A stretch of DNA of 64,000 nt, taken from the NCBI GenBank assembly GCA_047623225.1, contig JBLHME010000002.1:675-64674 (forward strand). The letters run 5' to 3'. Shown piece by piece: positions 18,752-28,729 of this stretch. The position numbers were made by a program, and so were the translations under genes. The number at the start of each line of letters is the position of its first letter. Positions within the stretch are counted from its first letter, which is position 1. The notes beneath the pieces are model-generated. The model was given only the letters and a program-made list of their open reading frames with translations, did not search any database and was not told the origin of the DNA. The DNA comes from Cryomorphaceae bacterium. GTDB lineage: Bacteria > Pseudomonadota > Gammaproteobacteria > Arenicellales > Arenicellaceae.

Positions 18752-19321
18752 ATGACCCATTTTGAATATATCTCAGTAGCCATCGCACTCGTCAATGCGT
18801 TGGTCGTAAGTCGACTACTCCGCGGCATAACAGCAAGTCTGCGACCCGATGCATTCTATTTCACACACTTCGCTTGGCTAGTTACTCTGATATTAATTAC
18901 CGTAATGCAGTGGTGGTCCATGTGGGGCGCTAGAGAAGTCGAATGGACCGCACTAAAGTTTATTTGGATACTTGGGCTTCCAAGTATTCTGTTTTTGCGT
19001 TCAGGAGTGTTGCTTAGCGAGCATCCCGAAGAAATAGAATCATTTGAGAATTATTTCTTCGAATCCCGAATTGCATTTTTTTCACTGGGTTTACTAACCA
19101 GTTTTTGGGTCTCTGTTACGCCATGGATACTTGGCATATTCCCTTGGTTCACCATCACTCAGTTGCACATGGGCAGCTCGGTCCTTATGGGGCTATCAAT
19201 CGTGGGTTTAATCTCTAAGGGACGATTAATTCACACAATATTAGCTTTATTGTTCATGGTCGCAGCCCTACTAAACTTTTTCACTTTTAGCTTCGAAGTG
19301 CATGCCGCAATTGCTAAATAA
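18752..19321 (+). CDS. Hypothetical integral membrane protein
   Basis: 189 aa, several hydrophobic segments, MTHFEYISV start, RBS GAGGA upstream. Confidence 0.75.
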   Translation: MTHFEYISVAIALVNALVVSRLLRGITASLRPDAFYFTHFAWLVTLILITVMQWWSMWGAREVEWTALKFIWILGLPSILFLRSGVLLSEHPEEIESFENYFFESRIAFFSLGLLTSFWVSVTPWILGIFPWFTITQLHMGSSVLMGLSIVGLISKGRLIHTILALLFMVAALLNFFTFSFEVHAAIAK

Positions 19322-19352
19322 TTCAAGTTCAGTACACGACCGCTCAACAAAA

Positions 19353-19721
19353 TCAGCTGTCTCGAAATTTAGTGTCGAGCACCGTTTGCGCCTGCTTTAG
19401 ATTCAATAAATCCTTCGGCTCTAACATCTCGCAGTCATCTTCAATCATGTCGCTGATACGCGCTGGATAAACTCTGCAATCTTCCGGGCGATCGAAATAA
19501 ACAGCGCAGGTATAGCGAAGTTGATCGGGTTCCTTGCGCAGCCACGGGCAGAGCTCAATTTGCTCTCCCGACTCTGGGTCCATCCATATTTTTTTGTCAC
19601 GCACATATCGGAAAATGTCAGGACGCAAATTCTCCCAAAGATCTAAGTCGGCGCTAGAGGCAGACAGGCCTCCGTTACTGTATTTGATACAACATTTACC
19701 ACATGAATTGCACTCTTTCAT
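19353..19721 (-). CDS. YkgJ-family cysteine-cluster protein
   Basis: CxxCGKCC...CPWL...CAVY..RP..CR.YP. Confidence 0.85.
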   Translation of the reverse strand: MKECNSCGKCCIKYSNGGLSASSADLDLWENLRPDIFRYVRDKKIWMDPESGEQIELCPWLRKEPDQLRYTCAVYFDRPEDCRVYPARISDMIEDDCEMLEPKDLLNLKQAQTVLDTKFRDS

Positions 19722-19862
19722 AGTGGCAGCATACAGCCAGCGAACGAAAACAATTAGCCTAAAGCAAAAATCACCTCAGGCGAAGTCGCATTAGGTAATC
19801 AGGGAAACAGCTAAAACATGGCCTCGAAACTAACACTGCTAGCTTAAATTGTGGCTCGGCAT

Positions 19863-20207
19863 CTATTGATCTACTCGTGCGCCACGATAATAACGAATTT
19901 TTTTATCCGCCTTGCTTTTGGCCTTTTTACTCTCGCTAGTGCTTGGCTCGGTCGGCAGGGCTTGATCAGCACGCTTGGACCATAAGTGACTTGGCCTACC
20001 CTTAATTTTCCTAGTCCATTGCGCGCCCGCACGATCCAGAAAGGCCTCGATCAGAACTTTGATGTTTTGATCGTCAGTAGATTTATGCAAATCTACCATC
20101 AGGTTTCCAATCCTACTGTCGGCAATCTTCAGATCTGCTCGTTGAGCGTATGGTAAATTTCTCCTGATCTCAAAAAAGAGATTCACCATATATCGGTCAA
20201 TTTGCAT
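19863..20207 (-). CDS. Hypothetical protein
   Basis: 114-aa ATG ORF with a basic C-terminus ending YYRGARV. Confidence 0.65.
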   Translation of the reverse strand: MQIDRYMVNLFFEIRRNLPYAQRADLKIADSRIGNLMVDLHKSTDDQNIKVLIEAFLDRAGAQWTRKIKGRPSHLWSKRADQALPTEPSTSESKKAKSKADKKIRYYRGARVDQ

Positions 20208-20392
20208 AGTTTCTCAACAAGCTTGTGCACACCCAGGCGGATTCCTCTGTTTGGCTATAGCGTTTGTTAGTGATACTCGGTGGCTCACGCCCACTAGCAT
20301 TACACAACAACAGTTCTTTGGAATTGCAACAAACGCTCGGGCCAGAACTCTGGCCCGAGACAAATATTACAACACTTCCGCGCAACAGAATC

Positions 20393-20704
20393 TTAAGACT
20401 CCAGCACTGAAGCTAATACATCTCCAGATCTCCCAATTTTGCAGGTAACTACACCCAATTCCTCACCAGAAACTCCATTGACAACTAGCATGCGATACTC
20501 TGCTTTTCCGATTGAAGAGTCATGATCTAAATCGTGGGAATACAGACCGCCAGTATCAACTGAAAACTCCGTTGATGGCTTTATCCGTTCTTTCATTGCT
20601 GCAGCTGCGCAACGCTCGAGATCTTGATCGACATTCTTCGCATGCAAACTTAGAGATGAAAGAAGAAGCACGGTTGTGATACTAATAATTCTAAAACTAA
20701 ACAT
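20393..20704 (-). CDS. Hypothetical secreted protein
   Basis: Signal peptide MFSFRIISITTVLLLSSLSLHA, two Cys, RBS AGGAG upstream of ATG 20704. Confidence 0.7.
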   Translation of the reverse strand: MFSFRIISITTVLLLSSLSLHAKNVDQDLERCAAAAMKERIKPSTEFSVDTGGLYSHDLDHDSSIGKAEYRMLVVNGVSGEELGVVTCKIGRSGDVLASVLES

Positions 20705-21085
20705 AAGGTAACTCCTGACACGTTGTATATAATTTAAACAGTCGCCCGTAACTCTTGCTTGCAAGGTTTGCGGCCTATCTCAACGCAAGCTAATGCTTGC
20801 GACAAGTGCAGATTATTCCCATGGGTGTTGTTTTAAAAATGACTAATTGTCATTGAAAATATGCTTTCTCGGCATATGAAGCACTGTTTTGGTGATACAT
20901 GATTGGCCATTATTGGGCAACGGCGCAGCATCCGTTGTAGGGCCTGCTTATCGCCTTGCCCACAAAGAGTGCAAGCGGTAATACGCCGCCATCCTAGGCT
21001 GGCGTGCGAAAGCTGCAGGCATGAAAAATGTTAGTGGATTAGTTCCCAGACATCCTAGCCGACTGAATTTGGGCTTTAAAAAATG

Positions 21086-21778
21086 CTAACCGACAAACTT
21101 CCACTGGGCGGCAAAAGGGCTTAGGCCCAACCAAGTTTGCATTGAGTTTACTATCTCCCTTACACCTTTCAGATTCATCCTGCTCAGTTCCTTTTTAGCC
21201 GTCGTCAGGCCCATCCAGATCGCTGTCATGGTGCGTAAATCTGTTTCAACGTAAACATCCACCTCGAATCCTGGGTCAGCCCAGCATAGATCGATGTCCC
21301 CTGCAGGTTCGATGACCAACCATCAGTATTGTTTTGATTTTGGCAGTTCGGGGTAATAAAACTCAATCACGGTTTGTTTTTTCGGCAACGGTGAAGGATT
21401 AAAATTTCTACGCATGTCCCATATAAGAAGTGAAGGATCCAAATTGTCTAAGGAAACCTGCGACTCAACCCATTTCTGGCCCCACATTCCCATTGATTCG
21501 ACAACGGGTCGAAGGTCCTTACCAGCGGTCGTCGATAGGTATTCAAATACGCCCTTTTCCGCTCGCAGCTCTTTGCGCTCGATTACCCCTGCGCATTCGA
21601 GTTCTTTTAGTCGTTTTGATAAGAGTGTCGGAGACATTTTAGGAACGCCGCGTCGCAAGTCATTGAAGCGCGTGGTCCCCGCTATCAACTCTCTGAGCAA
21701 GACCATCGTCCATCGCGTACATAATATTTCGGCTGCCATCGCCACAGGGCAAAATTGCTTGTATCCAGCTTGACTCAT
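21086..21778 (-). pseudogene. HxlR-family winged-helix regulator with C-terminal SCP2-like domain, split by an in-frame TGA
   Basis: YKQFCPVAMAAEIL..RWT...RFNDLRRGVPKMSPTLLSKRL; TGA at 21323-21325 in SKQY*WLVIEP; the frame continues DLCWADPGFEVD to 21086. Confidence 0.85.
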
Positions 21779-21930
21779 TTAGGCGCTCCGTATATCCGTC
21801 ATCAAATACTAAAAAACACCCACCTAGGGCACTAGAACAGCTTTTGGACTAGTAAGCACATCAAACTAATTGCTATTATATTCTGGCTCGCGGGAGTAAG
21901 AGACCAATTAAACAAATAGGGGATAACCAA

Positions 21931-22257
21931 ATGACTGTATATGTAATAGCCGACATTCTAGTAACTGACGACAGCTGGGTTCCAGCGTATGCAGCTAAGG
22001 CACACGAGATTGTTCACCGACACGGTGGGAAATACTTGGCCAGAAGCGGGAATGTAAGCACTCTTGAAGGCGAACCCCTTGAGACGAGCTTGATCGCGAT
22101 ACTAGAGTTTCCAGACGCACAATCCGCCCAAGCCTTTGCTGCTGACCCAGAGTACGCGCCATTCGGCGAGGCGCGCCGGGCTGGCAGTGAAAGTCGCTTT
22201 CAGCTTATCGATAACACTGATTTAGCTGGAACTATTCCCTACCTTCCAAGCAGCTAA
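21931..22257 (+). CDS. DUF1330-family protein
   Basis: HGGKYLARSG...LEG...ILEFPD...A..F...PEY...R; divergent from the HxlR regulator. Confidence 0.85.
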   Translation: MTVYVIADILVTDDSWVPAYAAKAHEIVHRHGGKYLARSGNVSTLEGEPLETSLIAILEFPDAQSAQAFAADPEYAPFGEARRAGSESRFQLIDNTDLAGTIPYLPSS

Positions 22258-23195
22258 TCAATAAAGGCTTTAACCTGCTTGCGATCGCCAAGTAAAAAGG
22301 CATCTGCCACAAGCTTGAGAGGTGTGAGATCTACGTCTGAATGTTGCTGTTTGATGATCTCTGCAAAACCTTGGTAGATAGCCTCATACTCACCATGCTC
22401 TGACGGTGCAGGCAGATCTATGTCTTCACCATCAATCGATAAACCTGCTCCGCCGTTGCGCAAGGCGATAACGCCTTTGTTGGTTTCAAATAGAATATTC
22501 CAAGCGTCATTGCCGCTTTGTCGCCAATCAAACACAGCATTACAGACAATATCTTGTGCCGAAGAAAATTGAATGTTTGCCGCAATAGGCGCTGCTCTGT
22601 TTTCAGGAAACTCAAGCTCGGCAGCCGTCACGAACACAGGGCTGGGCAGTACATGAGTCAATATCGACAAGCCATTAATACCAGGGTCGAACACACCTAA
22701 CCCGCCCGCTTGCCAGATCCATTCTTGCTTGGGATGCCACTTTCTCACATCCTCTTTCCAGTCTAGATTGACCTTTTGGATTGTTGCGTCTTTGAGTAAA
22801 CCCTTAGCCGTTTCAACCGCTGTGCCATGCCTTGAATGCCACGTTGCATAAAGACTAACACCGCGCGCATTTGCTAAATCTTCTAGTTGCTCCACTTCGC
22901 TAACAGTCGAACCCGGAGGTTTCTCGAGAAGCACGTGCAAACCGTGAGCCAACGCATGGTGCGCTGCCTTATATCGATGCTGCGGGGGCATACAAAGCGC
23001 CACGGCTTGCAGATTTTGTTCAGCCTCTAGCATTTCTTCGATGGTTGCATACGAAGCAATCCCATCAATAGACGCATTGCGACTTGCGCATGCAATCAGC
23101 TCAAAGGTGGGACTTTTCTCGATCGACGGCAAGTGCTGATCACGGACAATTTTGCCCACACCCACAATTCCAAGTTTGATTTTAGAGTCAGTCAT
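22254..23195 (-). CDS. Gfo/Idh/MocA oxidoreductase, D-galactose/L-arabinose 1-dehydrogenase-like
   Basis: GIVGVGKIVRDQHLP, LLEKPPG, WKEDVRKWHP.Q.WIWQAGGLGVFDPGINGLS. Confidence 0.85.
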   Translation of the reverse strand: MTDSKIKLGIVGVGKIVRDQHLPSIEKSPTFELIACASRNASIDGIASYATIEEMLEAEQNLQAVALCMPPQHRYKAAHHALAHGLHVLLEKPPGSTVSEVEQLEDLANARGVSLYATWHSRHGTAVETAKGLLKDATIQKVNLDWKEDVRKWHPKQEWIWQAGGLGVFDPGINGLSILTHVLPSPVFVTAAELEFPENRAAPIAANIQFSSAQDIVCNAVFDWRQSGNDAWNILFETNKGVIALRNGGAGLSIDGEDIDLPAPSEHGEYEAIYQGFAEIIKQQHSDVDLTPLKLVADAFLLGDRKQVKAFID

Positions 23196-23517
23196 TTTAT
23201 AAGCCCCCGAGCGCATCAATTTTTGCGAGCTTAGCACATATCATATAAATCATATAATTATGATTCACCTAAGATATTTAGAACGATAGTAATTTCCGCC
23301 AGACCGACTTAAGCCGCCGCCATACGGCCTTCTCGAATCCAGATTCGCCAAAATGAGCAAAGCGTTCAGCGCGACTATAAGCAAGGTGCTAAATGACATA
23401 TGCCATGTTGAGCGCCAGATGGCGTTGGGTAAAATTATTTCAAGTGCGTGCTCAATTAATGCATCCATGCGTTTATTATCGCATAATCGCTCAGTAAATT
23501 ATTTTTGCCAATCAAAT

Positions 23518-24105
23518 ATGTCTAATCCAAAGCTCATCCTCGGTTCATCATCGCCCTTCCGCAAGATGCTATTAGAACGCTTAATGGTGCCCTTTAGCAC
23601 CGCTAACCCAGATATAGATGAAACGCCATTGCCAAATGAAAGTCCCATCGAGCTGGTGGAACGTTTAGCAATAGAAAAAGCCAAGGCGATTGCAGCGAAC
23701 CATCCAAACGCCTTGATCATTGGTTCTGATCAGGTAGCAATGCATGGCGATGAAATAGTTGGCAAACCACATACACATGAGCGCGCAGTGCAACAATTAA
23801 AAACAGCATCCGGCAAGGAAATTCATCTGTATACAGGTTTGGCCTTAATAAATTCTAAGACCGGCGCGATTCAATCTGAGGTGGTGCCGTTCACCGTCCA
23901 TTTTAAGGAGTTGAGTGAACAGGTAATCGAAAGCTATTTGCGCAAAGAGGAGCCGTACAATTGTGCCGGCAGCGTTAAGTCAGAAGGATTGGGGATTGCA
24001 TTACTGAACCGCTTTGAGGGTGATGACCCTAATGCCTTGATTGGCCTGCCTTTAATTAGGCTGATCGCCATGTTAGAAAATGAAAACTTCTCTCTGTTTG
24101 AATAA
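23518..24105 (+). CDS. maf: Maf-family nucleoside triphosphate pyrophosphatase (YceF-like)
   Basis: LILGSSSPFR, IDETP, IIGSDQ, GKP, CAGS..SEGLG, LIGLPL; ATG 23518 preferred. Confidence 0.92.
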   Translation: MSNPKLILGSSSPFRKMLLERLMVPFSTANPDIDETPLPNESPIELVERLAIEKAKAIAANHPNALIIGSDQVAMHGDEIVGKPHTHERAVQQLKTASGKEIHLYTGLALINSKTGAIQSEVVPFTVHFKELSEQVIESYLRKEEPYNCAGSVKSEGLGIALLNRFEGDDPNALIGLPLIRLIAMLENENFSLFE

Positions 24106-24108
24106 TCC

Positions 24109-24876
24109 ATGTTAGATCAAATTACACCGGTCATTCTTACCTTCAACGAGCAAGCAAATATAGAGCGCACTCTTAAGGCGCTGAGTTGGGCCGCTGATGT
24201 TTTGGTCGTGGACAGCTATAGCACCGATAAAACCCTAAAGCTCTGTGCACAATTCAGCAATGTAAGAGTGGTGCAAAATACCTTCGAGAGCGCCGCCAAG
24301 CAATGCAACTTTGCGCTTGAACAAAACATTAGATCCGATTGGGTGCTCTCGATGGATGCCGACTATGTGGTGACCGATGCGCTACGCGAAGAATTGAACA
24401 CCCTAACGCCAAGCTCAATCACCAATGGCTACAATATTCGTTTTACTTATCTAGTGCGCGGGCGGCGTCTATTTGGCTCGCTCTACCCTCCGCGAACTTG
24501 CTTGTACCGCAAACAGTTTGCACACTACATTCAAGATGGCCATACGCAACGTGTGAGGGTTAAAGGCGATTTAGGCGATCTTCGCGCAAAAATCAACCAC
24601 GATGACCGAAAGCCATATGCTCGCTGGCTTAGCTCGCAAAAACGCTATGCGAAATTAGAAGCACGTAAGTTGGCCCAATCCAGCTGGTCGCAACTATCTT
24701 GGCCAAATAAGATTCGGGCTAGCGGCCTAGCCCCCGTGATCATCGTGCCTTACACCTTGCTTGGAAAAAAACTGATTCTCAGTGGGCCTGCCGGCTTGGA
24801 ATATACTTGGCGGCGTTTGGTGGCTGAAGTTTGTTTACAAAAAGCGCGGTTTAAACAGCGTAAGGATAATTCCTAA
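24109..24876 (+). CDS. Glycosyltransferase family 2
   Basis: ILTFNE..NI, VVDSYSTD, WVLSMDAD DxD motif. Confidence 0.88.
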   Translation: MLDQITPVILTFNEQANIERTLKALSWAADVLVVDSYSTDKTLKLCAQFSNVRVVQNTFESAAKQCNFALEQNIRSDWVLSMDADYVVTDALREELNTLTPSSITNGYNIRFTYLVRGRRLFGSLYPPRTCLYRKQFAHYIQDGHTQRVRVKGDLGDLRAKINHDDRKPYARWLSSQKRYAKLEARKLAQSSWSQLSWPNKIRASGLAPVIIVPYTLLGKKLILSGPAGLEYTWRRLVAEVCLQKARFKQRKDNS

Positions 24877-24906
24877 GCGCTTTCAGCATCTCAACTAGCC
24901 TGATGA

Positions 24907-25431
24907 CTATTGCTTGGATTGCAGTTCATTTGAAAGCCCTTCATCCCAATTCCCAAGAGACTCCCAAGCCCCATTATCTGGGTTATCAGCTAACATTTGA
25001 TCTACCATTTCAGCAAATGTCGGGTTAACAATGTCTCGGCCAACCTTGCTCCACCAAATGCGGCCACGTTCTGTGGCATGGTTCATCAAGATCAAATCCT
25101 TGTATGGTTTCCAGGCATCTTCATCCAGAGACCCGCTCTTGTATTGGAACTATTCAAACTCTCTATTACGTAGGTCTATAGCAAAAATTAAACTTAAGCG
25201 AAATTGATCCGCCTGTGAAAAGATCTCTTTCTCACCCAATTTGCGAAAAACATCATGATGTTCCAATACGAGTAATAGTCATGCTTGGTCATTCGACACT
25301 ATTGCTTTTCTCGAATCCGACTTATGCAGCTCGGTATTTTGCTTTATCTCTATAATTAGAAAAATTATGCCTACCAGAACACCTAAATTTGCATTTAAGG
25401 TCAGCCATTCATTAAGTTGTGAATAATCCAA
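24907..25431 (-). pseudogene. Hypothetical membrane-anchored protein with two in-frame stops
   Basis: Manual translation from TTG 25431 (RBS GGGAG): LDYSQLNEWLTLNANLGVLVGIIFLIIEIKQNT...NDQA*LLL...EFE*FQYKSGSLDEDAW..., in frame with ORF 24907..25095; stops at 25279-25281 (TGA) and 25150-25152 (TAG). Confidence 0.75.
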
Positions 25432-25503
25432 TTAACTATCTCCCTATTTTGAGTGCCTAAGCTTGAATACCTGAGTTCAAATCCCAAGCACCTACTCTGC
25501 CTA

Positions 25504-26475
25504 TTACTGCAGCTTAATCTGCCCGCTAAACACTTTGCCAATGCCCGTTCCAACAGCCACACCGAGACCGCGTGAGAACTGTTCCAAGAAGTTTGGTCTA
25601 AACGTGTAATCAACAATATTTTCCTGCCCGATTACTTCGCGCGCCACGTAATCCAAGCCGCCGAAATCATCAATTAGACCCAGCTCTTTTGCCCCTACAC
25701 CGGACCAAAACAGGCCTGTAAATAAATCAGGGTCGTCGGCTAAGCGATCACCTCTGCCCGCTTTCACGGTATTAATAAACTCTTGGTGAACAACCGCCAA
25801 CATTGTTTCAGCGTGCGCTCTTTGTGCAGGCTTCATGGGCAAAAATGGATCCAATATGGCTTTATTTTCACCGGCCGTAATCGAACGACGCTCAATGCCA
25901 TATTTTTTCATAGCGTCAACAAATCCGAAACTATCCATCCGAACGCCAATAGAGCCAACAATAGAAGAACGGTTTGCGTATATTTTCTCTGCTGCTACGG
26001 CAACAAAATAACCCCCAGAGGCACATAAGTCTGAAACAACTACATGCATGGGCTTATTTGGATAAAGCTTGCGCAATCGCGTAATCTCTTCATTGATTTC
26101 TGCTGATTGCACCGGTGTACCACCTGGGCTATTAATGCGCATCACAACGCCTTTTGAATACTTGTTCTCAAACGCACGTCGCAGGCTGTTGTTCATTTGA
26201 TCAGATAACACACCGCCTTCTACTCCAATTGGCCCACTCAGTTCTATCAATGCTGTATGGGGTTTGCCGGCGTTAATAGCGGGCCCTTCGCCAGCAATCG
26301 AAAAAAGGCCAATGACGTAAATAAGCAGCAAAACAAAAATAGCCCACTTAAACAAGCGCCGCCACTTGCGATCTTTCATATAGTCTTCTGCCAAGCGCTG
26401 CAAAATATCATTAGACATTGCCGGCGCAGCATTACTGCCAGGCAGTGCTGCAGTTGGTTTTGATTTTCCAAACAT
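25504..26475 (-). CDS. sppA: S49-family signal peptide peptidase (SppA-like)
   Basis: RINSPGG, CASGGY, VGSIGV, AGENK, LFTGLFW. Confidence 0.9.
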   Translation of the reverse strand: MFGKSKPTAALPGSNAAPAMSNDILQRLAEDYMKDRKWRRLFKWAIFVLLLIYVIGLFSIAGEGPAINAGKPHTALIELSGPIGVEGGVLSDQMNNSLRRAFENKYSKGVVMRINSPGGTPVQSAEINEEITRLRKLYPNKPMHVVVSDLCASGGYFVAVAAEKIYANRSSIVGSIGVRMDSFGFVDAMKKYGIERRSITAGENKAILDPFLPMKPAQRAHAETMLAVVHQEFINTVKAGRGDRLADDPDLFTGLFWSGVGAKELGLIDDFGGLDYVAREVIGQENIVDYTFRPNFLEQFSRGLGVAVGTGIGKVFSGQIKLQ

Positions 26476-26532
26476 CTCTCTTTCCTCTATAGACCTTGAA
26501 CAGAACTTAACCGCTATCGATCATTAACAAAA

Positions 26533-26910
26533 TTAATTTTTTGCGATAACCTCTAGCGTATCACTGTGTAAATATAACTTGCCATCATCTTCACGTATTT
26601 TAACGGCACTTAAGCCAACTCCATAACATGGGCCACCTAAACAGGCCCCAGTGTCCGGCGCGTATTCCGCCCCGTGAGTGGCGCATCTAAGCGTTTGACC
26701 GTCGTCACTAAAAAACTCACCAGGCATATAATCAAGTTGCAATGCGATATGCCCACATTGATTCAAGTAAGCGAAAAACTGACCGCCAAAAAGTACCGCA
26801 AACGCGGGTATTTTTTCACCAGCAGAATTTTTAACATCAAAACGCAAGCCCTTACCGCCTTCGAGCAAGCCTTGCGAGCTGCCAATCAATTGACCACTTG
26901 CATCAAGCAT
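26533..26910 (-). CDS. Rieske [2Fe-2S] domain protein
   Basis: NQCGH ... CATHGAEY...G.C.GGPC. Confidence 0.9.
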   Translation of the reverse strand: MLDASGQLIGSSQGLLEGGKGLRFDVKNSAGEKIPAFAVLFGGQFFAYLNQCGHIALQLDYMPGEFFSDDGQTLRCATHGAEYAPDTGACLGGPCYGVGLSAVKIREDDGKLYLHSDTLEVIAKN

Positions 26911-27571
26911 GGGCTTTCTCAACTCTTCCATCTAATAACCAATCAAGTAACTCGCCAAAACTATGTTTCACATCAACCGCCTTTGAAGCGCGCAGCTGTG
27001 ATTCGGTATGAACACCATAGCCCGCGCCTAAACCGGCGACCCCAGCATTGCTCGCCATGTCCATATCATAAGTTGTGTCCCCGACCATGATAGCCTTGTG
27101 CGGGCCAATTGACGTGAAATCAAGTATTTCATGCAGCATTTGAGGGTGCGGTTTAGACCGAGTTTCGTCAGCACAGCGCGAAACCACAAAGTGTTGACGC
27201 AGATCACCCTCACCGAACACGCGGTCTAAACCAGCGCGTGACTTACCGGTGGCGACGGCCAAAAATACACCCTGCGCCTGCAAATCAAGCAAACCTTTTT
27301 CAACGCCGCTGAAATAACCTTGCTCTGTTACATCACCCTTCACGAAGTGGTACTTGTATCTATCGACTACTTTGACTATCTGCGCTTCACTAGCACCTGG
27401 GAAGAGATGCCGCATTGCTTCAAATAAGCCCAAACCGATAATGCTCTTAGCATCGTGGTCACTGGGAGCGGCTAGGTCTGCATCGTGCGCGGAGGCTATT
27501 ATGCAATTGGCAATCTTTTGTGCGGAATCCATCAGGGTTCCATCCCAATCGAAAATTATCAGTTGATACAT
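26903..27571 (-). CDS. HAD-IA family hydrolase (phosphoglycolate phosphatase-like)
   Basis: FDWDGTL, VATGKS, SKPHP, MVGDT. Confidence 0.92.
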   Translation of the reverse strand: MYQLIIFDWDGTLMDSAQKIANCIIASAHDADLAAPSDHDAKSIIGLGLFEAMRHLFPGASEAQIVKVVDRYKYHFVKGDVTEQGYFSGVEKGLLDLQAQGVFLAVATGKSRAGLDRVFGEGDLRQHFVVSRCADETRSKPHPQMLHEILDFTSIGPHKAIMVGDTTYDMDMASNAGVAGLGAGYGVHTESQLRASKAVDVKHSFGELLDWLLDGRVEKAHA

Positions 27572-27627
27572 AGGCTAGAAATAAAGGTGTGTGGAATAGT
27601 GTTGCTACCAATGCAGAAACAATCGGC

Positions 27628-28608
27628 TCACTCGCTGAGTGCGAGATTGGCGAGCACGGATTTCAACTCCGCAGGCATTGGCGCTTCAATTTTTATTGAT
27701 TGTGAGGTGATAGGGTGAAAAAAAGTGATTGACGCTGCATGCAAGAACAAACGTGAAAGACCCACTGATTTAAGGCGTTTATTAAATTCTCTGTCGCCAT
27801 ACTTTTGATCGCCGGCCACAGGATGATTCTCAGACTGACAGTGAACACGCACTTGGTGCGTGCGGCCGGTGAGCAGTTTGACTTCGAGCAATGATGCCAT
27901 TTCTGAAGTGGTGCGTGGCGTCATAATAGAACTGGCATAGCTGCCATTCTCATCAACCATCACCATGCGCTCACCACCGCGTTTAGCATTTGTGTTTAAT
28001 CCTTTGGTTACGCGTCGCTGGCCAAACTGCCAACGGCCCATTACTAAAGCCATATAACGTTTATCTAGACGAGGGTTCTTAAGCGAATTAGTCGCGAAGT
28101 CTTCGTTAAGTGCTTTCAGCGCACTGGATTTTTTGGCCAGCACCAAACAGCCTGAGGTTTCTCGATCGAGCCGGTGCGCCAGCTCAATGTACTTTAAATC
28201 CGTGCGCAAGCTTCGAAGCGCTTCAATCACACCAACTTTAATCCCGCTGCCGGCATGAACTGCCATGCCAGAAGGTTTATTAAGCACCAATATTGCATCG
28301 TCTTCAAACAGAATTGTTTTATTCAAAAATTCGTAGCGCGCGCCATCCAGCGTTTGATTTAACCGCTCGCTTTGTCGGATTGGTGGAATCCGCACCGAAT
28401 CGCCCTGTTGCAAGCGGGTCGTTTGCTTGACTCGGCCTTTGTTAACCCGCACTTCGCCCTTACGAATTACACGGTAAATATGTGCTTTTGGTACACCTTT
28501 CAAATGCGTAATTAGAAAGTTGTCGACTCGTTGCCCAGCGTGCTCCTCGTCCACTTCAACAAAGTAGGCTTTTGGAGGCTGAGCAGGTGTATTTGAAGGC
28601 TTTGTCAA
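27628..28608 (-). CDS. rluC: 23S rRNA pseudouridine(955/2504/2580) synthase
   Basis: S4 domain GQRVDNFL, NKPSG.AVH.GSG, HRLDRETSG, TGRTHQVR, LFLHA; divergent from rne; start codon uncertain. Confidence 0.93.
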   Translation of the reverse strand: MTKPSNTPAQPPKAYFVEVDEEHAGQRVDNFLITHLKGVPKAHIYRVIRKGEVRVNKGRVKQTTRLQQGDSVRIPPIRQSERLNQTLDGARYEFLNKTILFEDDAILVLNKPSGMAVHAGSGIKVGVIEALRSLRTDLKYIELAHRLDRETSGCLVLAKKSSALKALNEDFATNSLKNPRLDKRYMALVMGRWQFGQRRVTKGLNTNAKRGGERMVMVDENGSYASSIMTPRTTSEMASLLEVKLLTGRTHQVRVHCQSENHPVAGDQKYGDREFNKRLKSVGLSRLFLHAASITFFHPITSQSIKIEAPMPAELKSVLANLALSE

Positions 28609-28729
28609 TTTTAGCGACCGAATTATAAGAGGGCCGATTATAGAGTAGATCGAGGTGCGCCCCAATGCTTGTTTTGCACAGTGTGGCATTGTTAATATTC
28701 CCTTGTTTTTTAGCCGTTTGGGGAGCATT

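Noticed and set aside
21323-25281. Selenocysteine at the in-frame TGA codons (21323, 25279)
   Set aside because: Neither context is a Cys/redox motif, no SECIS-like hairpin was evident downstream, and one gene also contains a TAG.
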